A stretch of DNA of 64,000 nt from Rebecca billardiae RCC1528 (GCA_965240325.2 OZ251229.1:2790001-2854000); one strand, 5' to 3'; counted from the stretch's first letter, positions 24,532 through 36,885 are shown. Notes: a model not told the origin generated them from the sequence alone. A program made the numbers and translations.

Positions 24532-27500
24532 ATGAGGTTCTTCCGCCGCGTGCTCTCGGCGCCCGTCGGCACGACGGACAGCAGCCCCGTCTCGCCGGAA
24601 GAAGTGGAGGACTCGCTCAAGATACTCGACGCCAACCGCCCGCTCTTCACACCCCTCTCCGAGCTCGGCGACGCTCGGCTCGAGGAGCAGTTTCGGCTGC
24701 GCATCGCGCTGCCACGTTTGCGGTCCCGCGCCACGCCCGTGTGCGTGCTGCTGCTGATCTACGGCTGGGGCATGTTCGTGTTGGACCGAGTCGAAGGCAA
24801 TGCATGGCGATTCAGAACCGCACGGGAGCTAGCGAGTGCCGTGGTCGGGCTCGTCTGCCTGGCCGCGATCGCGCTCTGCGAGCGGCACGGCGATGCACGC
24901 GCTCCGTTTGCGCTGCGGTATGCCGTAGTGGATGGCATCGTGGCGATCGGGGTGTCGATCGTGATGGTGGTACTCGCGCTGAGCCTCGCGTGTGAGCCCC
25001 GCCGCGACGGGCAGCCGCTCGCTCCGTGCGAGGCCTACGGCTGGCTCCGATTCTGGGTGCTGCTGGTCGAGGGCGTCGTGCCGCTGCGGCCGCTCACGCA
25101 CGCGTGCTTCGTCGCGTCGGCGCTCGCGAGCGTGACCGCGTACATCGTGACGCACCCGACCTGGGCGGACTTTGAGTACGAGGGCATCTTCCTCACCTTC
25201 TCCAGCATGCTCGTCATGTTCGGCATCGCCGTCACGCTGGGCCGATCGCAGCGCGCCAACTTCCACCACGTGCGCGTGATCGCTCGCAGCGCGCGCGAGC
25301 TGATCATCTCGGAGCAGGACGAGGCGCGCGCGGAGCTCGCGCTGCGCACGGTCGAGGCGGCGAAGCACGCGCGCTCGCGCGTCATCCGCGTCGCCATGCA
25401 CGACCTGCGCTCGCCGCTCCTCGCCGTGCACAACGCCGCCGACACGCTCGGCGAGCTGCCGGCTGACAAGACGGTGGCGTCCGAGGAGGTGCGCGAGTGC
25501 GCGCGAGTGCTCAGCACGTGCTCCTCGCTGATGGACTCGATCACGAACGACATGATCGACTTTGAGAACATCGAGTCGGGCAGGCTGAAGCTCCTCCGCG
25601 CGCCCTTCAAGCTCGAGCAGCTGCTCGACGCGGTCTCGCTCACCTACTCGGCGACCGCGGAGGCCAAGGGCGTGCGCATCGACGTGCAGCGCGTGCCGCC
25701 TGAGCTGCGCGCGGTCAAGTACATGGGCGACGCGCGTCGGTGCGCGCGGCGCGCGGGCGTGCGCGCGCGCCGACGCGGCGCGTGGGAAGCGCGGCCGGGC
25801 CCGCGAGTCCCGGCGCGCGCGCGCTCGGCGGCGTTGCGCGCGCTCGCACGCGCGCTCACACACCGCTCGCGCGCGCCCGCGGCACGCGCGGCCCTCGCGC
25901 CGCCTCTGGCGCCGCCGCTGGCTCATCCGCCCATCAGGCTGCAGCAGTGCCTCAACAATGGCGTGAGCAACGCGATCAAGTTCACCGGCCGCGGCGGCAC
26001 CGTCACCGTGCGCGTGCACGCCCGCGAGGCCGTCCTGAGCCGCGACGCCGTCGAGGGGAGCCAGGGCGAGGGCAGCAGCCAATCAAACGCTCGCTCGTGC
26101 TCGCACGTGAGCTCGACGCACGTGCACTTCAGCCTCGCGAGCGGCGCGCGCTCCAGCAGCGCCTCCAGCTCACACGCGACCCGCTCGAGCCGGCGCAACA
26201 ACTCCAGCCGGCGCACGCGCGAGACATCCTCGCCCATCAGCTCGATCCGAACGAGCGTCGGGTCAGAGCTGAGCGCGCGCTCGGAGCACGCCGACTGCGG
26301 CAAGCTGGACGAGCTGGTCGTCAGCGTGGTGGACACGGGCGTCGGGCTGAGCGAGGGCGAGCTGGTTGCGCTGAACAGCGACGAGCTCTTCGGGGAGGTG
26401 GGCAAGGGCCAGCTCGCGGGGCTGGGCGGCACCGGCCTCGGGCTGAGCATCACGCGCCGGCTGCTGCGCATGCACAACCGATCTCGGCTAGAGATAGAGA
26501 GCGCCGGCCATGGGCACGGCACCGAGTTTGGCATGCACCTGCGCCTCCGGCGCGCCGAGGCCCTGCCGCCGATGGCGGAGATGGACGAGACGGAAGACCA
26601 GGACCAAGCGTCGAGGCCGTCCTCCGCCTGGGCCGAGCCGGAGCCGGAGCCGGACGAGCCCACGCACACAACGCACTCGCCTGCACGGCACAGCAGGGCG
26701 CTTCCCAGCGGCATCGCCGCGGCGCTGCACTCGCTGCCGGGCGCGTGCGAGGATGAGCTCGGCCCGGCGCTCGGCCGACCCCGCCATCGCACGATGGACA
26801 GCTCGGACTTTGAGCTCGCTGCGACCCCGTACACGAGCGCGCGTGCCCGCCCGCAGTCGATGGCGGACTCGATGTCCGCGGTGCCGGGGGCAGCGCCGAT
26901 CGGACGAAACGCCCAGCACGGCGCTCTGGAACGGGCGGGCGTTCGTGAGCAGGAGCAGCCAGAGCCGCTGCGCCAGTCGAGGCACGCCGCCGCGCCTCCC
27001 CTGGTCGCCGCCAGGCAGCTGCCGCCTTCGCGTGTCACTGCGGTGGCCACGCGCGCAGCGCACTCGCGCGTGATGGCGGGCACTGAGCTGCAGCGGCCGC
27101 CCGGAGCCGCTGTCGCATCAGAGGCCGGCACTGCGAGCCCGCCGCCTCACACGCCGCCCACCCGCACGGCTGAGCTCGAGAGTTCGGCAGGTGCAGGCGG
27201 CGGCGCTGCGGCAGACCCCTCGGCACCGCCGACGGCAGCACCGGCGGCCGACGCCCCCGCGGCGCGCGAGCCAGCTGCGGCTGAGCTGCGTGTGCTCCAT
27301 GTCGAGGTGTGCGCGCGCACGCAGTCAAAAGCGCCGAGCGCGCGCTCGGCTGCGCCTGCGCCGGGCCCGCGCCGCGCACCTCCATGCGCGCCGAGCGCTC
27401 GATCCCTCACCTCCCAACCCTGCGCCCTCCGCCCGATCCGAACGGCCGTCGGCCGCGCGCGCCGTGCACAGGACGACAAGCTGCTGCGGCGCACGATGGA

Positions 27501-27980
27501 GCTCAAGCTCTTCCGCCGGCTCGGCATCTCCTTCGACGTGGCCGAGGACGGTCAGGAGGCCATCGAGCTGATCGAGGCCAGGGGCACCGAGTACTACCAG
27601 ATCATTCTGATGGACAACCAGGTGCGTGCGCCCGCGCGCGCGCGATGGTGCGGCAGGCGGGGCCGTCGCGTGCGCCCCGCTCGCTCGCCTCCGAGCCGCG
27701 CCGGGCTGTCGCGCCCACGCGCTGACTCACACGGCCGCGCCGTCGTCGCCGCGTGCGCGCAACGCAGATGCCGCGTGTGACGGGGGCGGAGGCGACCCGC
27801 TGGCTGCGCAGCTTCGGCTTCCGGGGCCTGATTGTAGGGCTCACGGGTGACCCGCAGGGCAGCCCCGCCCGCGACGACTTTGGCATGTCCGGGCTGGACC
27901 TCAACCTGGACAAGGATCGCGCGGGCATGCAGAAGGTGCAGGAGGTCGTGGCCAGCTACCAGCAGCGCCACTGCAAGTAA
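24532..27980 (+). CDS. Membrane-bound hybrid sensor histidine kinase/response regulator
   Basis: Multi-TM N-terminus, H box AMHDLRSPL, N box RLQQCLNNGVSNAIKFT, G1 VVDTGVGLS, G2 GGTGLGLSIT, receiver LRVLHVE|DD...IILMDNQ|MP...IVGLTGD...LDK. Introns 25740-25937, 27307-27471, 27622-27767. Confidence 0.92.
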
Positions 27981-28337
27981 CGACGAGCCACGTGGGCCCA
28001 GCGCCGCCAGCGCGGGCGCCGCCGGCAGCGGCGCGCGACTGTGACGTCGTCACCGTCGCGCCATCACTAGTGACGACGATAGACGCGCGGCGCGCCGAGC
28101 CGTAGCTATACGTATGTACTGCTAGCTGCTAGATGTACTGATGTAGTGGCCACGCATGTGCTCGTCGGACGAGCACATGCGTGGCCTCGTCGGGGCAGCA
28201 AGCCGCGCGCTCGTGACGCAGCCCCGACGGGAGCCTGCTGCAGACCTGCTATGATAGTGCTGGTTGCGAGCGCTGCGGCAGCACTTTCATTGCCGAAGCC
28301 AAACCGAAGCATCAAAGTGACCAAGGTGATGAACACA

Positions 28338-28391
28338 TACAGTTTACTAAGAATAAGAGACGCACACAGCTCACAGGCAGGCGAGATTACA
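28338..28391. repeat. Short dispersed repeat (copy A)
   Basis: TACAGTTTACTAAGAATAAGAGACGCACACAGCTCACAGGCAGGCGAGATTACA is nearly the reverse complement of 41417-41471. Confidence 0.75.
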
Positions 28392-28599
28392 ATAATCATT
28401 TGGGGCAACCGCCGTCCGCCGCCTCCGCGCGGGAAATTTCGGTGAGACGTCGAGTCCAGCCACTGGAGCAAGCTGATTGGAGCCCTTGCACGCCCGGGTG
28501 TCAAGCCGGTAAGTTGCCGGTGCACCGCGTGAACTTCAAGGGCCGGCCGTGAAGATTCGCACAGCAGAAGGCGCCGCTGCCCAACGCCCCGCCGCCGGC

Positions 28600-30429
28600 A
28601 TGCACGCGACGAGGAGCACGGCGCTGGTGGCGGCGCTCACGGCGGCGCTCGCCTCCGCGCAGGACAGCCGGCCGTACATCGTGAGCTTCTCCCCGACCCT
28701 CCTCGACGGCCTCCCGCTCGGCGACGCCAAGGTCGACAACCGCGACGGCCGCGTGCGCGAGCTGATCAGGGCGGCGCCCGACGAGAGCGTCGTGCTGCGC
28801 CGCCACTTCTCGCGGCTGCTCAACGGGTTCGCGGGCAACCTGACCACCGCGGGGCGGCTCTACTTTATCACCCAGGGCGCCGCGGTCGAGGAGGACACGG
28901 GCGCCGTCAAGCAGGCCCCCGAGAGCTGGGGCCTCGACCGGATCGACCAAACCGACCTGCCGCTCGACGGCGCGACGTACGGCGGCCGCGGCACGGGCGA
29001 CGGCGCGCACGTCTTCATCGTGGACACGGGGATCAACTCGGGGCACGACGCGTTCGCCGGCCGGCTGGGCAACGGCGTCGACTTCGTCGACAACGACGAC
29101 GACCCGGAGGACTGTGACGGACACGGGACGCACTGCGCGGGCACGGCCGCGGGCGCGCAGTTTGGCGTCGCCGACCTCGCGACCGTGCACGGCGTGCGCG
29201 TGCTCAACTGCGACGGCGTGGGCAGCTTCGGCGACCTAATCGAGGCGCTCGAGTGGATCGCGGAGCACCCGTCCTCGCGCAAGGTCGCCTCCCTCTCGCT
29301 CGCCGGCAGCCGCTCGGACGCCGTGAACTCGGCGGTGCAGGGCCTCGTGGACGCGGGTGTCGTGGTGGTCGCGGCCGCGGGCAACAACGGCGGCGACGCG
29401 TGCAACTACTCGCCCGCGTCGGCGAGCGCGGCGATCACCGTCGGCGCCACGCGGATCGACGACGAGGCCGCGGCGTACACCAACGCCGGCTCGTGCGTCG
29501 ACATCCTCGCGCCGGGCACCGCGATCACCTCCGCATGGGTCGGCGGCTCGTCTGCACGCGAGACGATCTCTGGGACTTCGATGGCGGCGCCGCACGTGGC
29601 CGGCGTGGCGGCGCAGACGTTCACGCGGCTGGGCTCGGGCGCGAGCCCGAGCAGCGTGCGCTCGGCGATCCTCTCCGACGCGGTGAGCGGCACCATCACC
29701 GACTCGAGCGACTCCGAGGCCGCGCCCAACCGCAACAACCCGAACCTCTTTGTGCAGCACGACGGCGCCGCGCCGAGCGGGCCGGCGCCCGCGCCCGTGC
29801 CGCCGTCGCCGCCGAGCGCGCCGCCCTCGCCCGCGGGCTCGGTCGCGACGGTGACCATCGACGCGGACGCGTACCCGAGCGACATCTCGTGGACGATCTA
29901 CGACATGAGCGACGACGCGCCCGCCGAGCTCGTCAGCGGCGCCTTCGCCAACGGCGCGCTCCCCCTGGCGAGCCGCACGTGGGACGTACCGCTGCCGCGG
30001 GAAGTGGCGGACTTCCGGTTCACCATCTTCGACGCGCAGGGCGACGGGCTGTGCTGCCGGTATGGCCTCGGCCGGTGGGAGGTGCGCGTGGACGGCGTGC
30101 AGGTGGGCGAAGGGCGCGTGTTCACCGACACGGACGGCGTCGACTTCCGAGCCGCGCAGCCGTCCACGCCGCCCGCGCCGCCGTCGATCCCGCCGTCCTC
30201 GCCCGCGCCGCCGCCGCCGCTGCCGCCCGGCGGGCTGGCGGACCTGCTACCAGGCCTCGACCTGGCGGGCGCGATCGCCGTGATCGTCGGCGGCGCGGTG
30301 CTGTGCGCGCTCGGCGCGTGTGCTGCGGTCTGCCTGTGCCGCCGACGAGCCGCGCAGCAGTCCGGCGCGCAGGGCCGCAGCGAGCAGGGCCGCAGCGCAG
30401 GGGCCACGTGGAAGCCTGGGAGGCAGTGA
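28600..30429 (+). CDS. Secreted, membrane-anchored subtilisin-like serine protease (S8A, proteinase K/aqualysin type)
   Basis: Signal peptide, I9-like propeptide, SWGLDRIDQ, triad IVDTG / GHGTHCAG / SGTSMAAPHVAG, Pro-rich linker, beta domain (DAQGDGLCC), C-terminal TM helix. Intronless. Confidence 0.95.
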   Translation: MHATRSTALVAALTAALASAQDSRPYIVSFSPTLLDGLPLGDAKVDNRDGRVRELIRAAPDESVVLRRHFSRLLNGFAGNLTTAGRLYFITQGAAVEEDTGAVKQAPESWGLDRIDQTDLPLDGATYGGRGTGDGAHVFIVDTGINSGHDAFAGRLGNGVDFVDNDDDPEDCDGHGTHCAGTAAGAQFGVADLATVHGVRVLNCDGVGSFGDLIEALEWIAEHPSSRKVASLSLAGSRSDAVNSAVQGLVDAGVVVVAAAGNNGGDACNYSPASASAAITVGATRIDDEAAAYTNAGSCVDILAPGTAITSAWVGGSSARETISGTSMAAPHVAGVAAQTFTRLGSGASPSSVRSAILSDAVSGTITDSSDSEAAPNRNNPNLFVQHDGAAPSGPAPAPVPPSPPSAPPSPAGSVATVTIDADAYPSDISWTIYDMSDDAPAELVSGAFANGALPLASRTWDVPLPREVADFRFTIFDAQGDGLCCRYGLGRWEVRVDGVQVGEGRVFTDTDGVDFRAAQPSTPPAPPSIPPSSPAPPPPLPPGGLADLLPGLDLAGAIAVIVGGAVLCALGACAAVCLCRRRAAQQSGAQGRSEQGRSAGATWKPGRQ

Positions 30430-30696
30430 TGGCGGCCTTGTTGTCATTAGCCTGCTGCTTATTGCCTGTCAAGTAGTGAAGTGACGCCATGCGGCGATGC
30501 GCCCATGGCCATCATGACGTGACACATCACTGTCGGATCGGCGGCGCGGCGCGCCTCCGGTCGGAGCTGACCATGCAGCCGCGCTACTCAGAATTATTCC
30601 GAGCCGGGCCCGGTGACAACCTGATCCTGAACGGACCGGTCCGCCGAGTCGGAGTCCAGGACTGACCAGGACGCCTCACGGAGTACTAGCGCTGTA

Positions 30697-31206
30697 CAGG
30701 CAATCGCGGGCAATAAGGAGCTGTCACGTTAAGAAACTGGGGCTTGCTATCTGCGGATCTGGCCTAGAAACTGAGGCTAGCGATTGGCTGGTTCGCTATA
30801 CGCATAGTCACACTAAGAAACCGGGACTACGTCGTCCCGGCTGACGAGTGGTCCGCCGCCAGGGGCGAGGCGCAGTCGGCCCGTCGGGGACGCGGCGCGC
30901 GGCCCGACTACGAGTACAGGCCAAGTCCCGACTTCTCCTGATGACTGACTCCTGGCCAGTGCACCGCAGCATCCATGCAACATCATGCCAGATTTATTGC
31001 TCCAAAATGGCCCAAAATTTTCGTCGGCCTCGCCGGCCGGGCCTAAAGACTCAGCGGGGGGCTCTGCCCCCCTGCGCCCCCCGCGCCTGCGCGGCGGGCG
31101 GACCTAGCTAAGAAACTGAGACTCCGTAGGCGCTCGGGCTACCGAACGGCTAAGAAACCGAGGCTAGCCGTGAGATCTCTGACTTCTTATTGCCCGCGAT
31201 TGCCTG
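30697..31206. mobile_element. TA-flanked MITE (Tc1/mariner/pogo type, 510 bp)
   Basis: Perfect 21-bp TIRs CAGGCAATCGCGGGCAATAAG (30697-30717 / 31186-31206), TA on both sides, internal TAAGAAACYG repeats. The same left end recurs at 50454, 56248 and 62040. Confidence 0.9.
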
Positions 31207-31433
31207 TATTCTGTAGACGCAGTTCAATCCGCTCGGACGCTACGAGTGCAGCATATCATCAGCGTCGTATTCATCATATCAATAGCATCGTCCAATTGAG
31301 AGACGGGTACCGACATCGCGGACACACCCGGGCCGAGCTGACGTCGGGCAGCACTGATGAGACTGATTGGCGGCAAGCCGCGCAGCTGCCTCATCGACCG
31401 ACTCACTGCTGCGCGTGCACATTCGGAGCGGAC

Positions 31434-31940
31434 TCAGGCGCGGACGGCCGTGGCCTCCATGAACTCGAAGGCGTTGCCGTCCGGATCGCGGCAGAACAGT
31501 GCTGCCCGGCCCGACTTGCTCATCGTGTGCGCCACGCCCGCCGCGTCGAGCCGTTCGCGCAGCGGCTCGATGCTCTCGATCGTGAGCGCGACGTGCCTGT
31601 CGCGTCCGCCGTGCTCGGGGCGGCCGTCGACCGGGTCGGGGTTGGGCAGCTGCATGAGGTGGATCTGGTGCGCGCCCGCCCGCACGAACGCGCCCGCGTA
31701 CGGCAGGTCCGGCCGGAGGTGCGTGTCGTCGCCCATGCCGAACACCTCTGTGTAGAACTTCAGACTGGCCTCCGTGTCCTTGACGAGGACTCCGGCGTGC
31801 TGGATGCCGCCGTAGCTCGGGGTCGCGACGCTGAGCACGGCGGCGCGGGGTCGCGCCGCCACGCGCGAGAGCGCGGCGCGCCCTCCGCCGCCGCCCACGA
31901 GGGCGGCGGCCGCGAGCACGAGCGACACGGCCGGCAGCAT
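31434..31940 (-). CDS. Glyoxalase I-like VOC-family protein, probably plastid-targeted
   Basis: ATG at 31940. Signal peptide plus Arg-rich transit-like segment, then IQHAGVLV...FYTEVFG...QIHLMQLPNPDP...GGRDRHVALTI...SGRAALFCRDPDGNAFEF. Confidence 0.9.
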   Translation of the reverse strand: MLPAVSLVLAAAALVGGGGGRAALSRVAARPRAAVLSVATPSYGGIQHAGVLVKDTEASLKFYTEVFGMGDDTHLRPDLPYAGAFVRAGAHQIHLMQLPNPDPVDGRPEHGGRDRHVALTIESIEPLRERLDAAGVAHTMSKSGRAALFCRDPDGNAFEFMEATAVRA

Positions 31941-32055
31941 CGTGTTCGCCCGCGAACGAAGTCGCTGAGACTGACGGCAAGCGAGCGAGCGGCCAAACAC
32001 GGGCGGGCGTCTCGAGCCCGCTGCCGCGCTGCGGCGGTTTCGCGCGGGCGTCCGT

Positions 32056-33396
32056 ATGGCGCCCAAGCCTGCCGACGACAAGAAGGGCAAGGGCGCGCGC
32101 AAGCCGGACGAGCCGCAGTGGGAGCTCGACTCGATTGAGCGGCTGGTGCGCGAGCTGCAGTCCGATGAGCTCCCCCTCGTCGTGCCCGCCGCGGAGGGCC
32201 TCGCCGCCATGCTGAACACGCCGGCTGAGGAGCGGCTGGGGGCTCTTGAGCTCTTCAGCGCCTCGAAGGGCTCGGCCGCGGCGCTCGCGCTGGCGAAGCG
32301 CGCGTACGCCGAGCTGCGCGTGCACCGCGTGACGCGCGCCACCGCGTCCGAGAACTCCTCCACCGACGAGCTGCTCGAGCCGCTCGCCGCCGCCGCGGGC
32401 TCCCTGCTACTCGGCTGCGCGGCGGAGGCGGAGGTGCGCCGGGAGCTCTTCCGCGGCGTCAAGGCGCTGCAGGCGGTGGTGAAGCTGGGCGCGGACGTGC
32501 TCGCGCTCGCCGAGCTCGAGGTAGAGCCGCCGCCGCCGCCGGGCGCCGCGCCGGGCGCCGCGCCGGGCGCCGCGCCGGGCGCCGCGCCGGGCGTCGCGCC
32601 GGGCGCAGACCCGAGCGCCGCGCCGGGCTCAGACGAGGCCACCGGCGGCGCGCCCGCCGCCGCCGCCGCCGCGCCGGGCGCGGACGCCGCCGCGCCAGCC
32701 GACGCGCCGCCCGCCGCGCCGGCCGACATGCCGCCGGCCGAGCCGGCGGCGCCGCCCGCAGCGGCCGAGGCGGAGGGCGAGGCGGCCGAGCGCGCGCCGG
32801 CGCTGAGCGGCGCGGAGCTGGCCCTCTTCGAGCGGCTGATGCGGACGCTCGCGCACGCGGCCGCGGAGGCGGGCGCGCCGCAGCTGCTGCGCAAGTGCGG
32901 GGCGCTGGACCTGGGGCTGCGGCTGCTGCTGCCGTCGGCGGCGCCGGCGCGCGCCGGCGTGGCGTTCGAGGGCGCGCCGCGCGTGCCCTTTGAGCCGTCG
33001 AGCGCCGCGGGGCTCGGCGCGGCGCGCACGGCGGCCCTCTGGTTGCTGGCGCGGTGCGCCGCCTCGCCGTCCAACCGCGTGGCGATGCGCGCGGCGGGGC
33101 TGCTCGGCGCGCCGCTGCTGCGGCTGCTGCCAAGGCGCGCGCCGGCCGCGCCGCCGCCGCTCTCGGGCGGGGCGGGCGACCAACCCCGAGCACCCGCCGG
33201 CGCGAGCGCACCCGCCGCCGAGTCCGATCGCGGCGCCGAGCCAACACCGGACCCGGCCGCCGCGGCGAAGGCGAGCCTGCTGGCTGCGTACGCGTGCCAC
33301 GACGCGAGCGCGCGCGCCACGCTGTGCGAGGGCGGGCTCGTGCCGATGCTGCTCGCGGCGCTCGACGCGTACGCCCGCGACGGCACTTCGCTGCGA

Positions 33397-33427
<31 letters not shown>

Positions 33428-35137
33428 AGGAGGGCGATGCGGAGGGCGGCGCCGCGCCCTCGCCGGACCCGCACGCCGAGCTCGAGGCGCTGGCGAACGG
33501 GGCGATGGCGCTGTCCATCTGCGTCGCCTCGGGCGGCGTGGGCGTGCTGTCGCGCCCGGCGGGCGGCGTGGGCGCGCGTGGCGCGGGCGGCGCGGCGCGC
33601 GGCGCGCGCGGTGGCTCTGAGGCGGAGGCGCAGTCAGAGGCTGGTACCGCGAGTGGTGACGTCGGGCCAGCGGCGCCGGCGGGCGGCGCGCCCCCGCCGC
33701 CCGTGCCGCCGCCGCCGCCCACCCCGTCCGCCGCGCTCGGCGTGATCAGCGCCGCGATGCTTCGCGCCATCGGCGAGCTCGACCGGAGCGGCGGCGCGCC
33801 GCCCGGCGGCGGCGGCGGCGCGGCGGACGCGGGATCGGCGGACGCGGGCGCGGCCGGCGGCGGCGCGCCGGAGGGCCGCGCGGCGCTGTGCTCAGCGCTG
33901 GTCGCCAACCTGAGCCTGACGCTGCTGCACGCCTCGCGCGACACGGCCGCCGACCGCGACGCGCGCTTCCTCGCCGACTATGTGCGCGAGGCGGCGGCGG
34001 CGGGCGCGGACGCGGCGGCGGCCGAGGCCGCGGGCGCGGGCGGTAGTGCGGAGGGCGACGCGGCCGGTGGCGCCGAGGCCGCGGCGGCGGCGGCGGCGGG
34101 CGGCGCGAAGGCGGCGCTGGCCGTCGCAGAGCCGAAGGGCGAGCCGAAGGGCGGCGCGCGCCGCCCGAGCCGCAGGCCGAGCAAGGCGGCGGATAAGGCG
34201 GCCGTCGACGCGGCCGAGCAGGCGGCGGCGGCGGACCGCGAGCGCGAGCGCGAGATCGCGGCGGCGCGCGTCTCTGAACTGCTCGAGGCGCCGACCGGTC
34301 TGGTCGTTCGAGCGCTCGGCGCGGCGGCGGCGCTGGACGCGCGGCTCGGGCACCGCGCGAGCGTGGAGCACGCGCTCGGCGCGCTCACCGGGCTGCTCCG
34401 CTTCCGCGCGGTGCGGCTCGCCGCCGAGATCGTCGGCGTCGGCGAGACGCTGGTTGCGCTTGTGAGGCACAACACGCGCGCGCCGGGCGCGGAGGCGTCG
34501 GCACTGGCGGCGCAGACGGCGGGCGCGGCGGCGAGCTTTGGCGGCGGCGCGCCCGAGGGCGCGGCGGAGGCGGAGGCGGCGGGCGCGCCCGCGCGCGGCC
34601 TCGCGCCGCCCGCCGACGCGAGCAGCGCCGGCGGCCGCCCGTCCAGCGCCGCCTCGTCGGCCGCCGCGTCCACTCGCAAGTCGGTCGCGCCGCCTGGCGC
34701 CGGCGGCGCCGACGGGGGCACCGCCAAGCCGCGCCCGTCCGGCGCCGGTGGCAAGAAGGGCGACGCGGCGGCGGCGGCGGCGGCGGCGGAGGCGGAGGCG
34801 GCGGCGGCCGCGGCGTGGCTCGCGGCCGACCCCGCGCTCTGCGCCGCCGCGGCGAGCGCGCTCGGCCAGCTTGCACTGCACACGCCGTGTCACGAGGCGT
34901 TGATTGTGCGCCACGGCGCGCTCGGCGCGCTCGCCGCCGCGCTGGACGCGTCGGACAGCGCGACGCACAGCGCGGCGGCGACGGCCATCGCCGCGCTCGC
35001 GCTCACGCCCGCCGTGCGCGACTCGATCGTCGGCCTCGCGCCCACCGAGGGCGACGAGCTGATGGCGGCGATCGCGGCGGAGATGGCGGCGGATGCGACC
35101 GCGCCGGACGAGGCGGCGGCGGCGCCGGGCGCCAAGC

Positions 35138-35171
<34 letters not shown>

Positions 35172-36885
35172 GGCCTCTGAGTCAGCGGACGGCGGCGACG
35201 GCGGCGGCAGCTTTGCGCAGCGCACCGCGCGGCGGCGCACGCACCCGCTCGTGTGGCGGCTGCTGGCGCTGCTGCGGCTGGGCGAGCCGCGCGCGCAGGC
35301 GGCATGCGCGGACGCCGTTGGCGCGCTGGCGCGCACGCGGCCGTGCGCGCGGCTGCTCGCCGACGAGGGAGCGGTGCCCACGCTGCTCGCGGTGGCGACC
35401 GGCGCGCCGTACTCGGCCGAGCTCGCGCGCGGCGCGGGGGGCGGCTTCGCCGCGTCGCTGGTGCCGGTGGGCCACGCCGCGCGCGCGGCGCTGCCGCGCT
35501 CGCCCGCGGCGGGCGCCGCGGCGAACGCTCTCACGGAGCTCGCGGCGCGACACGCGCCAGCCCACCTCTGGCTGTGGCATTCGCTGCCCGCCAGCTTCTG
35601 CTGCGTCGAGCTGGGCGTGGCCGAGCGGCTCGCGGCGGAGGGCGGCGGCGGGGGCTTCCACGGGAGCTTCCACGCCGTCCCGGACGGCGCGCCCTTCCTC
35701 TCGGAGCTGCAGCTGCGCGACCTGCCGCATCGGGAGGGACCGGCGCTCGGCGGCGCGCTCGGCGGCGCGGACGGCACGCCGCCGCGGCTTGTGCTCACGG
35801 CAGACGTGCTCGCCGACCAGGACCTGAAGGCGCTGCTCGGCCGCGCCGAGGCGGAGATGCGCGGGCAGCGCGCCGCCGAGGCCGCGCGCCGCCTCGCCGC
35901 CATCGTCGCGCGCCGGCTCGGCGGCGCAGTCGGTTACGACCGTTACGAGCACTTTAGCGCGCTCAGCGCCGAGCTCGCAGCCAAGCAGGCGCTCGGCTCG
36001 GACGCTGTGCCAGTGACGCGGCTGCTCAAGGGCGGCGCGCGGCCGCGCGCGTTCCTGTACAAGGCACGCACCGCGCGCGCGCGCGTACGCGGTGCCGCCA
36101 CGCGCCGCGCCACAGCGCCGCGCCGGCCGGCGCGCGCCGCTGACGCCCGGCGCGCGCCGCCGCCGCGCGCGCAGGTGCTCTGTGACTGCGCGGACCAACC
36201 TCTGCAGGCGGCGTTGTGCAGCTCCGGCCGGGCGCGCGGCGCGCACGCCGGGCACTGGTGGAACGAGGTCAGCGTCGATGGTGCGCGGCGCGAGCCCGCG
36301 CGCGCGCCGCGTGCGCACTCGCCGTGTCGCCACCACAGCCCGCCGCATCGCGTGCGCGGCGCGCACGCGCCGACACGAACGACCGACCGCACTCACGACC
36401 GACCACCCTCCCCTAACCCTAACCCTAACCCTAACCCTAACCCCAATTCTCGCTCATGCGCGCGCGCGCGCGCAGGCGAGACGTTCGTGGTCGACCTGCT
36501 GCACGACGTGGGCGCGCTCTACCGCGCGGGCTCCGATCAGGCGAACCGGTGCGCGCCGCGCCGCGCCGAGCGCGCGCGTGGGAGCGCCGCGCGCCGCGCT
36601 GCGTGCGCTGCTGCTCCGTCCGCGGCCGCCGCGGCTCCCGCCTCGCCGCGCTCTGCCGCCGCCCGCGCGCCGCTGAGCCGCGCGTGCCGCGCGTCGTCGC
36701 ACGGCCGTGCCGGCCCGCCCACCGCGCCGCCCCGCAGGTACCTGCGCCTCGAGCAGTTCGCGCACAAGGCGCTCGGCTCGAGCAACGTCGCCTTCCACGC
36801 GCTCGGCAGCGCGCGCGAGCGCGCCACGCCGTACGCGCAGCTGGTGGGCGCCGCGTCCGTCCCCGCCGTCATGCAGACAATGTGA
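32056..36885 (+). CDS. Armadillo-repeat protein with C-terminal EDR1-like domain (ARMC3-like)
   Basis: MAPKPADDKKGKG start, ARM-like repeats, C-terminal RPRAFLYK|VLCD...HWWNEV...|FVVDLLHDVGALY. Introns 36064-36174 (GC-AG), ~36281-36475, ~36549-36737. Confidence 0.75.
36411..36440. repeat. Interstitial telomeric repeat (CCCTAA)5 in an intron
   Basis: Five exact CCCTAA units followed by CCCCAA, inside intron ~36281-36475. Confidence 0.9.

Noticed and set aside
31434-33944. 836-aa glyoxalase fusion ORF
   Set aside because: The part above 31940 is the antisense shadow of the ARM gene; the real start is the signal-peptide ATG at 31940.
36411-36440. Chromosome end or misjoin at the telomeric repeat
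   Set aside because: Coding exons of the same domain continue on both sides.
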